This document shows, piece after piece, positions 47,718-58,591 of a DNA stretch of 64,000 nucleotides. The stretch's first letter is position 1; the number at the start of each line of letters is the position of its first letter. A program made the position numbers and the translations under genes. The notes beneath the pieces were generated by a model. The model was not told where the DNA came from, made no database searches, and was given only the letters and a program-made list of their open reading frames with translations. This DNA is from an uncultured Solirubrobacteraceae bacterium (GTDB lineage Bacteria; Actinomycetota; Thermoleophilia; Solirubrobacterales; Solirubrobacteraceae), in NCBI GenBank assembly GCA_963700025.1, contig CAVOWC010000008.1:501789-565788 (forward strand), written 5' to 3'.

Positions 47718-49265
47718 CTACGCCCGGTTGGCGCGCCCCGCGACCAGCTCGGCGGCCTGCTGCGAGGGCCGCCCGTTGCCGGCGCCGTTGCCGTGCCCGA
47801 GACCGGCGGCCACCCGCGCGCCGAGCTGTGGGTCGACGTTCGCCCAGTAGGCGACCACGCGAAGCTGCATCTCCTCGCTCACGTCATCGCCGGCATGGCC
47901 GACGATGTTGGTGACGAGGTTCTCGCGATCGGTGTCGTTCATGACCTCGCGGTACAACGTGCCCGGCTGGCCGAAGTCGTCGTCCTCGGCGTGCTTCTCG
48001 TACGCGTAGCGGCCCAGCTCGCCGGCATCGACCGGCCAGCCGAGATCGGCCGCCCGATCCGGATCGGCCTGCGGGCCGCCGAAGCTGTTGGGGGCGTACA
48101 CGGGTGCCGCGCCGGAATGGTGGTAGGTCATCGCCGCGTCCTTGTTGTAGGAGTGGACCTCGACCTTGGGCGCGTTGATCGGCAGCTGCTCGTAGTTCGG
48201 CCCAATCCGGTGCAGATGGGTGTCGTGATAGGAGAAGATCCGGCCCATCAGCATCTTGTCGGGGCTGAGGCCGATGCCCGGTACCAGATTCGCGGGCGAG
48301 AAGCTCGACTGCTCGACCTCGGCGAAGAAGTTGTCCGGGTTGCGATCGAGGACCAGCCGCCCGACGATGATCGGCGGGTAGTCCGCGTGAGGCCAGACCT
48401 TCGTCAGGTCGAACGGATTGAAGCGATAGTCCGCCGCCTCGGCGAACGGCATGATCTGCATCTCGAGCCGCCACTCAGGGGCCTCGCCGCGATCGATCGC
48501 GGCCCGGAGGTCGCGCCGGTGGAAGTCCGGATCCGCGGCCGTCATCGCCGCGGCCTCGTCATCGGTGAAGTTCTCGGCGCCCTGCACCGTCTTCCAGTGG
48601 TACTTGATCCAGAAGCGCTCGCCGGCCGCGTTCACCCACGAGAACGTGTGGCTGCTGTAGCCGTTCATGTTGCGCCAGGTCCGCGGCGTGCCGCGGTCCG
48701 ACATCAGGATCGTGACCTGGTGGGCGCTCTCGGGCGAGAGCGTCCAGAAGTCCCACTGCATGTTGTTCGAGCGCATGCCGGTGTCGGGCAGGCGCTTCTG
48801 GGAGTGGATGAAGTCCTGGAACTTGGTCGGGTCGCGGACGAAGAACACCGGCGTGTTGTTGCCGACAAGGTCGTAGTTGCCCTCCTCGGTGTAGAACTTC
48901 AGCGCGAACCCGCGGGGGTCCCGGACCGTGTCGGCGAAGCCCTGCTCCCCGGCCACGGTCGAGAACCGGGCGAACACGGGCGTGCGCTTGCCCATCTGTG
49001 AGAGGAAGCTCGCCCTGGTGTACTGCGTCACGTCCTCGGTGACCTCGAAGAACCCGTGTGCGCCGCTGCCCTTGGCGTGCACCACCCGCTCCGGCACCCG
49101 CTCGCGGTTGAAGTGCTGCATCTTCTGGACGACGTAGTGATCGTGCAGGGCGATCGGCCCCGACGGACCGACGGTCAGCGAGTACTCGTCGCTGGGGGCG
49201 GGGATGCCGGAATCGGTCGTGGTCACGGGCGGCTGGGTATCGCCGTTGCGCTGGGAGTCGGTCAT
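47718..49265 (-). CDS. monofunctional heme catalase (small subunit)
   Basis: [40 protein letters not shown]. Confidence 0.96.
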   Translation of the reverse strand: MTDSQRNGDTQPPVTTTDSGIPAPSDEYSLTVGPSGPIALHDHYVVQKMQHFNRERVPERVVHAKGSGAHGFFEVTEDVTQYTRASFLSQMGKRTPVFARFSTVAGEQGFADTVRDPRGFALKFYTEEGNYDLVGNNTPVFFVRDPTKFQDFIHSQKRLPDTGMRSNNMQWDFWTLSPESAHQVTILMSDRGTPRTWRNMNGYSSHTFSWVNAAGERFWIKYHWKTVQGAENFTDDEAAAMTAADPDFHRRDLRAAIDRGEAPEWRLEMQIMPFAEAADYRFNPFDLTKVWPHADYPPIIVGRLVLDRNPDNFFAEVEQSSFSPANLVPGIGLSPDKMLMGRIFSYHDTHLHRIGPNYEQLPINAPKVEVHSYNKDAAMTYHHSGAAPVYAPNSFGGPQADPDRAADLGWPVDAGELGRYAYEKHAEDDDFGQPGTLYREVMNDTDRENLVTNIVGHAGDDVSEEMQLRVVAYWANVDPQLGARVAAGLGHGNGAGNGRPSQQAAELVAGRANRA

Positions 49266-49365
49266 CGCTTCTCTCTTTCCTCGGACACGGACGCGCCTGT
49301 GCGGTCACCCGCCACAGGGGCTCACTGAGAGGATTGCCGCCTCGGAGAACGCGAAACCAGGACTG

Positions 49366-49431
49366 GCGCCACCAGGCGTCGCGCCCGGGCGAGGCGCCGC
49401 GCCACCAGGCGTCGCGCCCGGGCCAGGCGCC
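49366..49431. repeat. 33-bp tandem duplication between the SDR gene and the catalase upstream region
   Basis: GCGCCACCAGGCGTCGCGCCCGGGC(G/C)AGGCGCC x2. Confidence 0.85.
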
Positions 49432-49441
49432 GCGCGCCGGC

Positions 49442-50275
49442 TCAGACGGAGTCGCGGCCGGAGCGCTGGACCAGCGTGGCGAAGAACCGGCTCGCGCCGG
49501 TCGCGGCGACGACCCGCGCGGCCAGTGACGGCGCGATCTCCTGGACGGCCAGCAGCGGGCGCATCGGCCAGCCGGTGACGAGCACGTCGGCGCGATCGTG
49601 GACGATCGCCTCGACGACGGCGGTCGCGACCGTCTCGGGGGCCACCGCGCGCAGCGCCATCGGCGCATCGACTCCCAGCGCGCGCATCTCGGCGTACATC
49701 CCGTCGCCGGCGATGAATCCCGGGCAGACGACGCCCGCGCCGACCGGGGTGCCGTCGAGCTCAGCCCGCAGCGAGCGCGTGAATCCGACCAGGCCGGCCT
49801 TGGTCGTCGCGTACAGCACGTTGTAGGCGTTCCCGCCCCGGCCCGCGAGTGAGGACACGGTGACGATGTGCCCGCGGCCGCGCGCGAGCATGCCCGGCAG
49901 GGCGTGCCGGGCGAGCACCATCGGCGCGACCAGGTTGACACGGGTGATCGCCGCGAGCTCGTCGTCGGTGAAGGCGGGGTAGGCGGCCGGGAGCTCGAGG
50001 CCGGCGTTGCTCACGAGCAGATCGATCGGGCCGATCGCGGCCTCGGCCTGCTCGACGAGCAAGGCCGCCTGCGCCAGGTCCGAGAGATCGGCGAGGACGG
50101 TCTCGGCCCGGGCTCCACGCGCGCGCAGCTCGTCGCACAGCTCATCGAGCGGAGCCGCCTGCCGGCCCGAGAGGGCGAGCCGCACGCCGCGGGCGGCGAG
50201 CGCCCGGGCGATGTGGCGGCCAAGGCCGCCGGCGGCGCCGGTCAGCAGCGCATTGGACCCGCTCAGGTCGTCCAC
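49442..50275 (-). CDS. short-chain dehydrogenase/reductase
   Basis: TGAAGGLG, SNAG, YATTK; TACGGT-N6-GTG. Confidence 0.92.
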   Translation of the reverse strand: MDDLSGSNALLTGAAGGLGRHIARALAARGVRLALSGRQAAPLDELCDELRARGARAETVLADLSDLAQAALLVEQAEAAIGPIDLLVSNAGLELPAAYPAFTDDELAAITRVNLVAPMVLARHALPGMLARGRGHIVTVSSLAGRGGNAYNVLYATTKAGLVGFTRSLRAELDGTPVGAGVVCPGFIAGDGMYAEMRALGVDAPMALRAVAPETVATAVVEAIVHDRADVLVTGWPMRPLLAVQEIAPSLAARVVAATGASRFFATLVQRSGRDSV

Positions 50276-50405
50276 CACACGACCGTAGTCGGCCGGCCAG
50301 CCGAGCGCGCCCGTAGTCCTCCCCGATCCGGATCGGTAGTCGCGGGCGGCGGCGAGGTGGCGTTTCACGCTCGTACTCGCGCGGGCCACGACTTAGCGTG
50401 CACCC

Positions 50406-51860
50406 ATGGCTATATCCGACACGCGCCTCACCTCTCTCGACTCCACATTCCTCGAGCTCGAGCAGGCCGACGAGGGCGCGATGATGCACATCGGCGGCGC
50501 GCTCATCTTCGAACCGGAGCCGGGCACCGGCGCCACCCCGTCGCTCGACGCCGTGACGGCCCTGCTCGAGGAGCGCCTGGCGCTGCTGCCGCGGTTTCAC
50601 TGCCGGCTGTCCGAGAAGCGCGTCCACGGTCTGCAGCGCCCGGCCTGGGTCGAAGATCCGAGCTTCGACATTCACGCTCACGTCCGGCACGCGACGCTGC
50701 CGGCGCCGGGTGGCGAGACGCAGCTGCACGATTGGCTGGGCGACTTCTGGTCGCACAGGCTCGACCGGGGCCGACCGCTGTGGGAGATGACGCTTGTCGA
50801 CGGCCTCGCCGACGGCGGCTGGATGCTCGCGACCAAGACCCACCACGCGCTCGTGGATGGGGTCGCCTCCGTCGACGTCGGCCACGTCCTGCTCGATGCC
50901 GAACGCCACCCGGCTCCGCCGGCCCCCGCTCCGGCCGCGCGCCCCGGGCCCGCCGACGCCCCGGCCACCGGCGCCGTCCCCGGCACCGACTCCGACTCCG
51001 GCTCGAGCGGCGGCGGCGCCCCCCTTCCCGGCTGGCTCTCCCCGCGCATCGCCGGGCGTCTCGCCCGCGCGACGATCGACACCGCTCTGCACCCGCGCCG
51101 CCTGATCCGCGCCGGCGAGGCGGCGGTGGCGATGAGCGAGGTGCTGTGGCAGGACGAGGTCATCCCCTCGCGCCACTCGTCGATCAACGTCCCGATCGGC
51201 ACCAGCCGGCGGTTCGCCTCGGTGCCGTTCGCACTGGACGAGGTCAAGGAGATCAAGGGGGAGCTCGGGGGCACGGTCAACGACGTCGTGCTGGCGGTGT
51301 CGACCGGCGCGCTGAGGCGACTGCTCGACGAGCGCGGCGAGGAGCTCGCCCACCCCCTGCGCGCGATGGTGCCGGTCAACCTCCGGGGTGAGGACCACGA
51401 TCATCTCGGCAACCAGGTGACCTCGCTGTTCGTCGAGCTGCCGATCGGCGAGGCGGACATCCTCGAGCGCTACGAGCGCACGCGCGCCGCCGCCACGCAA
51501 TTGAAGTCCGGTACCGCGGCCCTCGGAGGCTCGACCATCGTGCTCGTCGCCGGCGCAGCGCCGCCGCTCCTGCACGAGTCGATCGCCAAGGCGCTGTTCG
51601 CCGCGCGGTTGTTCAACATCACGATCACGAACGTCCCCGGGCCCCAGATCCCGCTCTACGGAGTCGGCACTCGCCTGCAGCGGATCCTCCCGCTGGTGCC
51701 GCTGTTCGCCGACCACGCGGTCGGGATGGCGATCGTCTCCTATGACGGCGAGCTGGTGTTCGGCATCAACGCCGACCGGGCGGCGACTCCGGATCTGGAC
51801 ACGCTCGCGACGGCGCTCCGGGACGAGTTCGCCGCGCTGCTCGCGCTCGCCCGCGCCTGA
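50406..51860 (+). CDS. wax ester synthase/diacylglycerol acyltransferase
   Basis: MHIG, RPLWEM, HHALVDG, TVNDVVL, TNVPGP. Confidence 0.95.
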   Translation: MAISDTRLTSLDSTFLELEQADEGAMMHIGGALIFEPEPGTGATPSLDAVTALLEERLALLPRFHCRLSEKRVHGLQRPAWVEDPSFDIHAHVRHATLPAPGGETQLHDWLGDFWSHRLDRGRPLWEMTLVDGLADGGWMLATKTHHALVDGVASVDVGHVLLDAERHPAPPAPAPAARPGPADAPATGAVPGTDSDSGSSGGGAPLPGWLSPRIAGRLARATIDTALHPRRLIRAGEAAVAMSEVLWQDEVIPSRHSSINVPIGTSRRFASVPFALDEVKEIKGELGGTVNDVVLAVSTGALRRLLDERGEELAHPLRAMVPVNLRGEDHDHLGNQVTSLFVELPIGEADILERYERTRAAATQLKSGTAALGGSTIVLVAGAAPPLLHESIAKALFAARLFNITITNVPGPQIPLYGVGTRLQRILPLVPLFADHAVGMAIVSYDGELVFGINADRAATPDLDTLATALRDEFAALLALARA

Positions 51861-51903
51861 GGCCGCCGCTCACCCGCCGGGCCCGCCGGTCCCGCGCGCC
51901 TCC

Positions 51904-52006
51904 GGCCGCCCACCGGCCGGGCCGCCCACCGGCCGGGCCGCCCACCGGCCGGCCCGCCGCCCACCGGCCCGCCGCCCACCGGCCGGGCCGCCCACCGGCC
52001 GGGCCG
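51904..52006. repeat. about six tandem copies of a ~16-bp GC-rich unit between convergent genes
   Basis: GCCCACCGGCCGGGCC and variants. Confidence 0.8.
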
Positions 52007-52007
52007 C

Positions 52008-53843
52008 TCAGCGGCCGGGACGGACCACGCCGGCGGCGGTGCCCCCACGCCGCTCGGGCTCGCCCGCGGCCAGGAACCGGCCGTGCCCGAGAAGCTCGAG
52101 TCCGTTTGCGGCGCCGATCGTGGGAGGAATCGTGATCGTGGGATCGAGCGGCGAGGTGTCGCTGATCGCGAACGTCTGCCCCAGCGCCTCGAGCCCGGGC
52201 GTGCTCGGAAGGTTCAGGAACGCCGGCTCGGCCTGGGTGGTCGTCGAGTTGCGCTGCGAGGCGCGCGGGGCGGCGATCGCCGCCGGGAGGCTCATGCCGA
52301 GGTCGAAGCGGTTGACCAGGATCTGCAGCACCGTGGTGATGATCGACGCGCCGCCGGGCGAGCCCACGGCGAGCAGCGGCCGGCCGCCCGAGAGCACGAT
52401 CGTCGGCGCCATGCTCGAGCGCGGGCGCTTTCCGCCGGCGGGAAGGTTCGGGTCCGGGGCGCTCCCCTGCGAGGGCACGAAGTCGAAGTCGGTCAGCTCG
52501 TTGTTGAGCAGGAATCCGCGCCCGGGCACGACGATTCCGCTGCCGCCGAGCTCCTCGATCGTGTTCGTGTACGAGACCACGTCGCCGGCGCGATCGGCGA
52601 CCACGAAGTGATTGGTGTGCGTCCCCTCCTGGCCGGCTCCGGTGCCGGGCTGGGCCGGCGTGCAGCCGCCGGCGCCGGCGAAGGGATCGCCGGGCGCGAT
52701 CGGGCTCGTCAGCGCGCGGGCCGGATTGATCAGGCAGGCCCGCTGCCGCGCGAACGAGTCCGACAGCAGCCGCCGCAGCGGCACGTTCACGAACCGCGGA
52801 TCGCCCACGTACCGGTTGCGATCCGCGAACGCGAGCCGGCTCGCCTCGAGGTAGTGGTGCAGGGCCTGGACCCGGCTCTCGCGCGCCAGGTTGAAGTTGG
52901 ACAGGATGTTGAGCGCCTCGCCGACGGTTGTGCCTCCGCTCGAGGACGGGGCGATCGAATAGACGTCGTCGCCGCGGTAGCGCACGTGCGTGGGCGCCTG
53001 GTAGAGGGCCTCGTAGCGCCGCAGGTCGGCGATCGACATCAACCCGGGACGCGGGACGAGCGTCGCGCCGGGCGCCAGCGGAAGGTCGTGCACCGTGTGC
53101 ACGATGTCCTGCCCGATCGGCCCGCCGTAGAAGGCTCCCGTCCCCCGCCGGGCGATCTGCTCATAGGTGCCGGCCAGATCGGGGTTGCGCAGAGTCGATC
53201 CGAGGACCGGCAGGCCGCCGCCGGGCTCGAACAGCGCCCGGGTGGAGCTGAACTGGGCAAACCGGGCGGCGTTCTCCCGCACCTGCTCGCGCAGCGTCGG
53301 ATTCACGGTGAAGCCGTTCCGGGCCACCGCGACCGCCGGCTCGAGATCGGTGCCGAGGCCGAAGCGACCCCAGCGGTCGAGCGCGCGCTGCCAGGTCGCC
53401 AGCGTGCCGGGCACGCCGATCGAGAGCCCGCTGGTGACCGCGGTGGGGAAGGTGAGCGGCTGGCCGGTCGCCGGATCGATGAACAGGTCGGCGGTGGCGG
53501 CCGCCGGTGCCGTCTCGCGGCCGTCGATCGTGTACACGCGCCGGGTGTGCGCGTCGTAGTAGACGAAGTAGCCGCCGCCGCCGATCCCGGCCACGAACGG
53601 ATCCGTGACCCCGAGCGTCGAGGCCACCGCGACGGCTGCGTCGGCGGCGCTGCCGCCCCGGCGCAGGATGGCCAGGCCCGCCTCGGTCGCGGGCACCGTG
53701 TCCGATGCCACTGCTCCGCCGGTGCCGATCGCCACCGCCTGCTTGCCGAGGGCCGGCGCCGGGCCGGCCGAGATCAGGAGCAGGAATGCCGACGCGAGAG
53801 CGACGAGCCCGGCGCGCACCTGAATCGTTGGGCGGACACACAT
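52008..53843 (-). CDS. ggt: gamma-glutamyltranspeptidase, secreted
   Basis: Signal peptide, GGSAADAA, GIGGGG, IDGRE, TNHF, TNTIE, LNNELTDF, RPRSSMAP, GSPGG. Confidence 0.95.
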   Translation of the reverse strand: MCVRPTIQVRAGLVALASAFLLLISAGPAPALGKQAVAIGTGGAVASDTVPATEAGLAILRRGGSAADAAVAVASTLGVTDPFVAGIGGGGYFVYYDAHTRRVYTIDGRETAPAAATADLFIDPATGQPLTFPTAVTSGLSIGVPGTLATWQRALDRWGRFGLGTDLEPAVAVARNGFTVNPTLREQVRENAARFAQFSSTRALFEPGGGLPVLGSTLRNPDLAGTYEQIARRGTGAFYGGPIGQDIVHTVHDLPLAPGATLVPRPGLMSIADLRRYEALYQAPTHVRYRGDDVYSIAPSSSGGTTVGEALNILSNFNLARESRVQALHHYLEASRLAFADRNRYVGDPRFVNVPLRRLLSDSFARQRACLINPARALTSPIAPGDPFAGAGGCTPAQPGTGAGQEGTHTNHFVVADRAGDVVSYTNTIEELGGSGIVVPGRGFLLNNELTDFDFVPSQGSAPDPNLPAGGKRPRSSMAPTIVLSGGRPLLAVGSPGGASIITTVLQILVNRFDLGMSLPAAIAAPRASQRNSTTTQAEPAFLNLPSTPGLEALGQTFAISDTSPLDPTITIPPTIGAANGLELLGHGRFLAAGEPERRGGTAAGVVRPGR

Positions 53844-54099
53844 GTCCCCTCAGTTCCCCGAACCCGACGGCTTCACACTCCGGGGCGTCGGGCTATGACA
53901 ACCACGCCGACCCGGCCATCACGGCCTTGTACGGAACGCTGATCGGTAACTCTCCGCGAACTTCTCCGGCATCCCCTAATTGCAGGATGTTCATGCCTCG
54001 CGACCGTGCCGAGACTGCACGTATGGCGCGTGCTCCAGCGCGCACAGCTCAACCCACGCCACGGACGCAGCACCCGAGGGCCCGATCTTGAGGGAAGCC

Positions 54100-57000
54100 A
54101 TGTTCAGCTCGACCCTGGCCCGACGCCTGACCCGCGGCGGCGCACGCGCGGCTCGGGCGCCGGCGACGGAGCGGCCGGGTCGCGAGCCGGGGCTGACGGA
54201 CGTGATCGCGGTGATCCAGCTCGCGGCCGCGGGCCTGGCCGCGGTTCTGGTGCTGCTGCCCGGCCGTGGGAGCGTCGACGCCGTCGGCATGCTCGCCGTG
54301 GCCGCGCTGGCGACCGCCTTCGGGGTGACGCTGCTGTCGAGTCACAGCCACATCGAGCGGCGCTGGTGGACGCCGATCCTGCTGCTCAGCACGGTGCTGC
54401 TCGCCGGGTATGTCTACTTCGGCGCTCGGGCCGCGATCCCGTTCGGGCTCTTCTACCTCGTGCTCGCCGGCGTCTGTGGCTGGTTCCTGTCGGCCTACCA
54501 GGCCATCGCCCAGGACGGCGTCATGGTCGGCGCCTACGCCCTCGCGCTGTCGTTGACCGGCGTGCGGGACACGTCGGCCGGCTCGGCCCGCGACGTTCAC
54601 GCACTGCTGGTCGGCATCTGCGCCCTCGTCGTCACGACGCTGCTGGTCCGGATGCTCAGGCGACGCGCGGTCGACGACACCGAACGGCTGGCCGCGCTGG
54701 TCGAAGGCTCCCAGGACGCGATCATCGGCAAGGGTCTCGACGGCGTCGTCACCGTCTGGAACCCCGGCGCGGAGCGGTTGTATGGATACACGTCGGTCGA
54801 GGCGGTCGGGCGCCGGATCACCGAGCTGATTCCGCCGACGCGAGCGGGCGAGGACGAGGACCTGATGCGGCGGATCCTCACGGGGGAGCGGATCGTGGGC
54901 TACCTGACCGAGCGCGTGGGTAAGGACGGCTCGCTGGTCAGCATCTCCGGGACGATCTCGCCGGTCCGCGATGTCAACGGCCGCATCGTCGGCACCGTGA
55001 GCACCGTCCGCAACCTGACCGCGGCGCGGCACGCGGCGCAACGGATCGCGCTGCAATCCGAGCTGCTCGACGCCGTCGATGCCGCGGTGATCGTCACGGA
55101 TTTCGCCGCCTGCGTGACGTACTGGAACCGCGGCGCCCAGCGGCTCTATGGCTACGGCGCCGATGCGGCGATGGGCCGTGACCTGTTCGATCTGATCGTG
55201 CCGGAGGAGAGCCGCGCCGCGGTGGGCGGCTTGGCCCGCGAGGCGATCTCCGGCCGCCCCGCGGGCGCCGAGCTGGACCTGTGCGACCGGGACGGGAAGT
55301 GCTTCCCGGTCGACTTCCGCCTGCTGACCTTCGTGCCCGCCGACGGGGACCGCCGCCCCGGGGCCCTGATCGGGATCTCCGTCGACATCAGCGCCCGCCG
55401 CGAGGCCGAGCAGTCCGTGCGACAGCTCGCCGAGGGACACGAGGAGATCGCCGAGCTCGCCTTGCTCGCCCGCCGCGGAGCGGAGCTCGAAGAGCTTCAG
55501 CACCGCGCCGTCCGGACCGCCGCTCGGGTGCTGTCGGCCGACTGTGCGTCGCTGGTGGAGTACGGACCAGACTCCGGATTCACATTCAAGGCCGCGATCG
55601 GCTGGCCGGACGGGCGCGCCGGCGACCAGATCGCGCCCGACGCCGGCTCACTGGCGAGCTATGTCGTCGCCTCCCATCGTCCGATCGTCGTCGACGACTG
55701 GGACCGCGAGCAGCGCGTCCAACGCTCGGGCAAGCTGCTGGCCCGCGGCGTGCGGTGCAGTGTCGCTGTGCTCGTCGGCGAGCCCGGCTCCCCCGGCGGC
55801 GTGCTGGCCATCCACTACGCCAAGCCCCAGCGCGCGCTGCGGGAGCACATCCCGTTCCTCGACGCCATCGCCAACCTGCTCGCCGAGGCCATCGACAGCC
55901 GCGCGGCGAAGGCGACGATCCAGCACCAGGCCTTCCACGACACGCTGACCGGGCTGCCCAACCGGGAGCTCCTGCTCGAGCAGTTGCGTCACAGGCTCGA
56001 CGCCGATCCCGATCCCGGTCGCGGCCGCGGTCCGGCCGTCCTGTTGATCGACCTCGACCACTTCATGCTCGTCAACGACTCGCTCGGGCACGAGTGCGGC
56101 GACGAGCTGCTGCGACTGGTCGGCGCCCGCCTCAGCGGCGTCATGCGCAAGGGCGACCTGCTGGCACGGCTCGGCGGCGACGAGTTCGCCGTGCTGTGCC
56201 GAGACCTGCCCTCGGAGATGAGCACCGCCCGCGTCGCCCAGCGGCTCGCCTCTGTGCTCCAAGCGCCCTTCTCGCTCAACTCCGAGGAGAGGGTCCTGAC
56301 GGCGTCGATCGGGATCGCCGTCAGCAACGGCGTCTCCTCGGCCGAGGAGCTGCTCCGCGACGCCGATGCAGCCATGAACCACGCCAAGCAGAACGGGCGC
56401 GGCCGGACCGAGATGTTCGACAAGGCGATGCGCGCCCGGGTCCTCGGACGGGTGAGAACCGAGTCGGCGCTGCGCTCGGCGCTCGGCACCGAGGATGCCC
56501 TCTTCGTCCACTACCAGCCGTTGGTCTCGTTGCGCACCGGCGCGATCGTCGGCGCCGAGGCGCTCGCCCGCTGGCGACACCCCGATTGGGGTCTGGTCCC
56601 ACCGAGCGAGTTCATCCCCGTGGCCGAGGACTCCGGTCTCATTCACGCTCTGGGAGCTCGCGTGCTGCGCCAGGCGGCCCACGAGTCCGCGGCCTGGCAG
56701 GAGTTCACGGACTTCGGCGGCGTCGCCGTCAACCTCTCCACACGGCAGCTCGCACAGCCGGACGAACTGACGGCACTCGTGCGCCAGGTGACCGCGGACG
56801 AGGGCATCGCGACGGGATTCATCACGCTCGAGATCACGGAGAGCCTGCTGATGGAGGCGCTCGAGTCCGCTCAGCACGCGCTCGACCTGCTCACCGAGCT
56901 CGGCGTCCAGATCTCGCTCGACGACTTCGGAACCGGCTACAGCTCCCTCAGCTACCTGCGCTCCCTGCGTATCGATCGGGTCAAGATCGACCGCTCGCTG

Positions 57001-57279
57001 ACGATGAACATCGTCGACGCCCCCCGTGACGCCGCGGTCACCGACGCGATCATCCACATGGGCCACGCGCTCGACCTCGAGGTGGTCGGCGAGGGCATCG
57101 AGACCCGCGGACAGGCCGCCCGGCTGCAGGCCCTGGGCTGCGATGTCGGCCAGGGCTTCTTCTTCGCCCGGCCGATGTCGGCGGAGGCGTTCACGGCGCT
57201 GCTCCACGACCCGCCCGACTGGCTCCCGCGGCCCGCCGTCCGGCCCCGCACGCGGGCCCGCTCGACCCACCGCGGCTGA
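54100..57279 (+). CDS. membrane PAS-PAS-GAF-GGDEF-EAL c-di-GMP enzyme
   Basis: TM region, two WNxGA PAS domains, GAF, GGDEF with RKGD I-site, EAL, LEITES, DDFGTGYSS, QGF. Confidence 0.95.
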   Translation: MFSSTLARRLTRGGARAARAPATERPGREPGLTDVIAVIQLAAAGLAAVLVLLPGRGSVDAVGMLAVAALATAFGVTLLSSHSHIERRWWTPILLLSTVLLAGYVYFGARAAIPFGLFYLVLAGVCGWFLSAYQAIAQDGVMVGAYALALSLTGVRDTSAGSARDVHALLVGICALVVTTLLVRMLRRRAVDDTERLAALVEGSQDAIIGKGLDGVVTVWNPGAERLYGYTSVEAVGRRITELIPPTRAGEDEDLMRRILTGERIVGYLTERVGKDGSLVSISGTISPVRDVNGRIVGTVSTVRNLTAARHAAQRIALQSELLDAVDAAVIVTDFAACVTYWNRGAQRLYGYGADAAMGRDLFDLIVPEESRAAVGGLAREAISGRPAGAELDLCDRDGKCFPVDFRLLTFVPADGDRRPGALIGISVDISARREAEQSVRQLAEGHEEIAELALLARRGAELEELQHRAVRTAARVLSADCASLVEYGPDSGFTFKAAIGWPDGRAGDQIAPDAGSLASYVVASHRPIVVDDWDREQRVQRSGKLLARGVRCSVAVLVGEPGSPGGVLAIHYAKPQRALREHIPFLDAIANLLAEAIDSRAAKATIQHQAFHDTLTGLPNRELLLEQLRHRLDADPDPGRGRGPAVLLIDLDHFMLVNDSLGHECGDELLRLVGARLSGVMRKGDLLARLGGDEFAVLCRDLPSEMSTARVAQRLASVLQAPFSLNSEERVLTASIGIAVSNGVSSAEELLRDADAAMNHAKQNGRGRTEMFDKAMRARVLGRVRTESALRSALGTEDALFVHYQPLVSLRTGAIVGAEALARWRHPDWGLVPPSEFIPVAEDSGLIHALGARVLRQAAHESAAWQEFTDFGGVAVNLSTRQLAQPDELTALVRQVTADEGIATGFITLEITESLLMEALESAQHALDLLTELGVQISLDDFGTGYSSLSYLRSLRIDRVKIDRSLTMNIVDAPRDAAVTDAIIHMGHALDLEVVGEGIETRGQAARLQALGCDVGQGFFFARPMSAEAFTALLHDPPDWLPRPAVRPRTRARSTHRG

Positions 57280-57393
57280 GCGCCGCGGCCGCCCCGGCGC
57301 CGGCATCGCGTCCCGAGACCGTGGTTTCCCACGTGCCGGGCGCGGACAAGCCGCGCGTCCGAACGCGGCTGAACGGCCGATGAAGATGGGCAG

Positions 57394-58560
57394 ATGGATG
57401 CCTCAGTCACAGCCAGCGGTCCGAGCGTCCGGCGCGTGCTCGGCTTTGATCTGGCGGTCGCGCTGACGCAGGTCGTCGACCGCGGCGCCTCGGATCTGCA
57501 TCTCAAGGCCGGCAACCGGCCGCTGATCCGGCTCGAGGGCCGGCTCGACTGGCTCGACCCGGCGATCGAGCCGCTGTCGGCCTGGCACACCGAGGAGATC
57601 CTGCATCAACTCCTGCCGGAGAGCCGGATCAATGAGTTCGAGGCCAGCAACGAGCTCGACTTCGCCTACACGGCACCCGGCCTCGGGCGCTTCCGTGTCA
57701 ACGCGTATCGTCAGCGCGGGTCGATCGCCCTGGTGTTGCGCGTGGTTCCGAACACCATCCGCACCATCGAGCAGCTGGGCCTGCCCGATGTCGTCCGCCG
57801 CCTTGCGGAGGAGGAGCATGGGATCGTGCTCGTCACCGGGACAACCGGTTCGGGCAAGTCGACCACGATGGCGGCGATGATCGACCATGTGAACCGCACC
57901 ATGCGCAAGCACGTCGTGACGATCGAGGACCCGATCGAGTTCGTCCACCAGGACGTGACCAGCTCGATCGACCAACGCGAGGTCGGCTCCGACACCGCGT
58001 CGTTTCCCACCGCGCTGCGACAGGTCATGCGCCAGGATCCCGACATCATCTTCATCGGCGAGATGCGCGACGAGGAGAGCGTGCGTGTCGCCCTCTCGGC
58101 CGCCGATACCGGCCACCTCGTCATGGCGACGCTGCACACCGCCGATGCCGCCGAATCGATCAGCCGCATCCTCGACGTGTTGCCGGGCTCCGAGCAGCAG
58201 CAGGCACGCGTGCTGCTGGCCGGAACGCTCAAGGGAATCGTCTCCCAACGGCTCGTGCGCCGCCCGGACGGCAAGAGCCGCACCGCGATCACCGAGATCC
58301 TCGTGATGACCGGCCGCGTGCACGATCGCATCGTCGACGCCGAGCAGACCGCGGAGCTGGCCGATGTGATCGCCGAGGGCGAGTACTACGGGATGCACAG
58401 CTTCGACCAGTCGCTGTGCGAGCACGTTCGGGCCGGCATCATCGCGCTCGACGAAGCGTTGACCCATGCGAGCCGGCCGCACGACCTCAAGCTGCTGATC
58501 GCCTCGGGCGGGAGTCTCCACACGTCGATGGACGACCTTCCATCCACGGTCAGGTCCTGA
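57394..58560 (+). CDS. PilT/PilU family type IV pilus retraction ATPase
   Basis: ASDLH, GRFRVN, GTTGSGKSTT, TIEDPIE, QREVG, MRQDPD, GEMRD, TGHLV, GMHSFDQ. Confidence 0.93.
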   Translation: MDASVTASGPSVRRVLGFDLAVALTQVVDRGASDLHLKAGNRPLIRLEGRLDWLDPAIEPLSAWHTEEILHQLLPESRINEFEASNELDFAYTAPGLGRFRVNAYRQRGSIALVLRVVPNTIRTIEQLGLPDVVRRLAEEEHGIVLVTGTTGSGKSTTMAAMIDHVNRTMRKHVVTIEDPIEFVHQDVTSSIDQREVGSDTASFPTALRQVMRQDPDIIFIGEMRDEESVRVALSAADTGHLVMATLHTADAAESISRILDVLPGSEQQQARVLLAGTLKGIVSQRLVRRPDGKSRTAITEILVMTGRVHDRIVDAEQTAELADVIAEGEYYGMHSFDQSLCEHVRAGIIALDEALTHASRPHDLKLLIASGGSLHTSMDDLPSTVRS

Positions 58561-58591
58561 ATCGCCCACCGGTCGCGCGTTCCGACGTCCG

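Noticed and set aside
8162-57306. Many long antisense or alternate-frame ORFs (e.g. 8162-9376, 15709-18183, 23696-26080, 42443-44239, 52083-53942, 55648-57306)
   Set aside because: Shadow ORFs of well-supported genes, caused by stop-codon scarcity at high GC; Arg/Pro/Gly-rich with no motifs.
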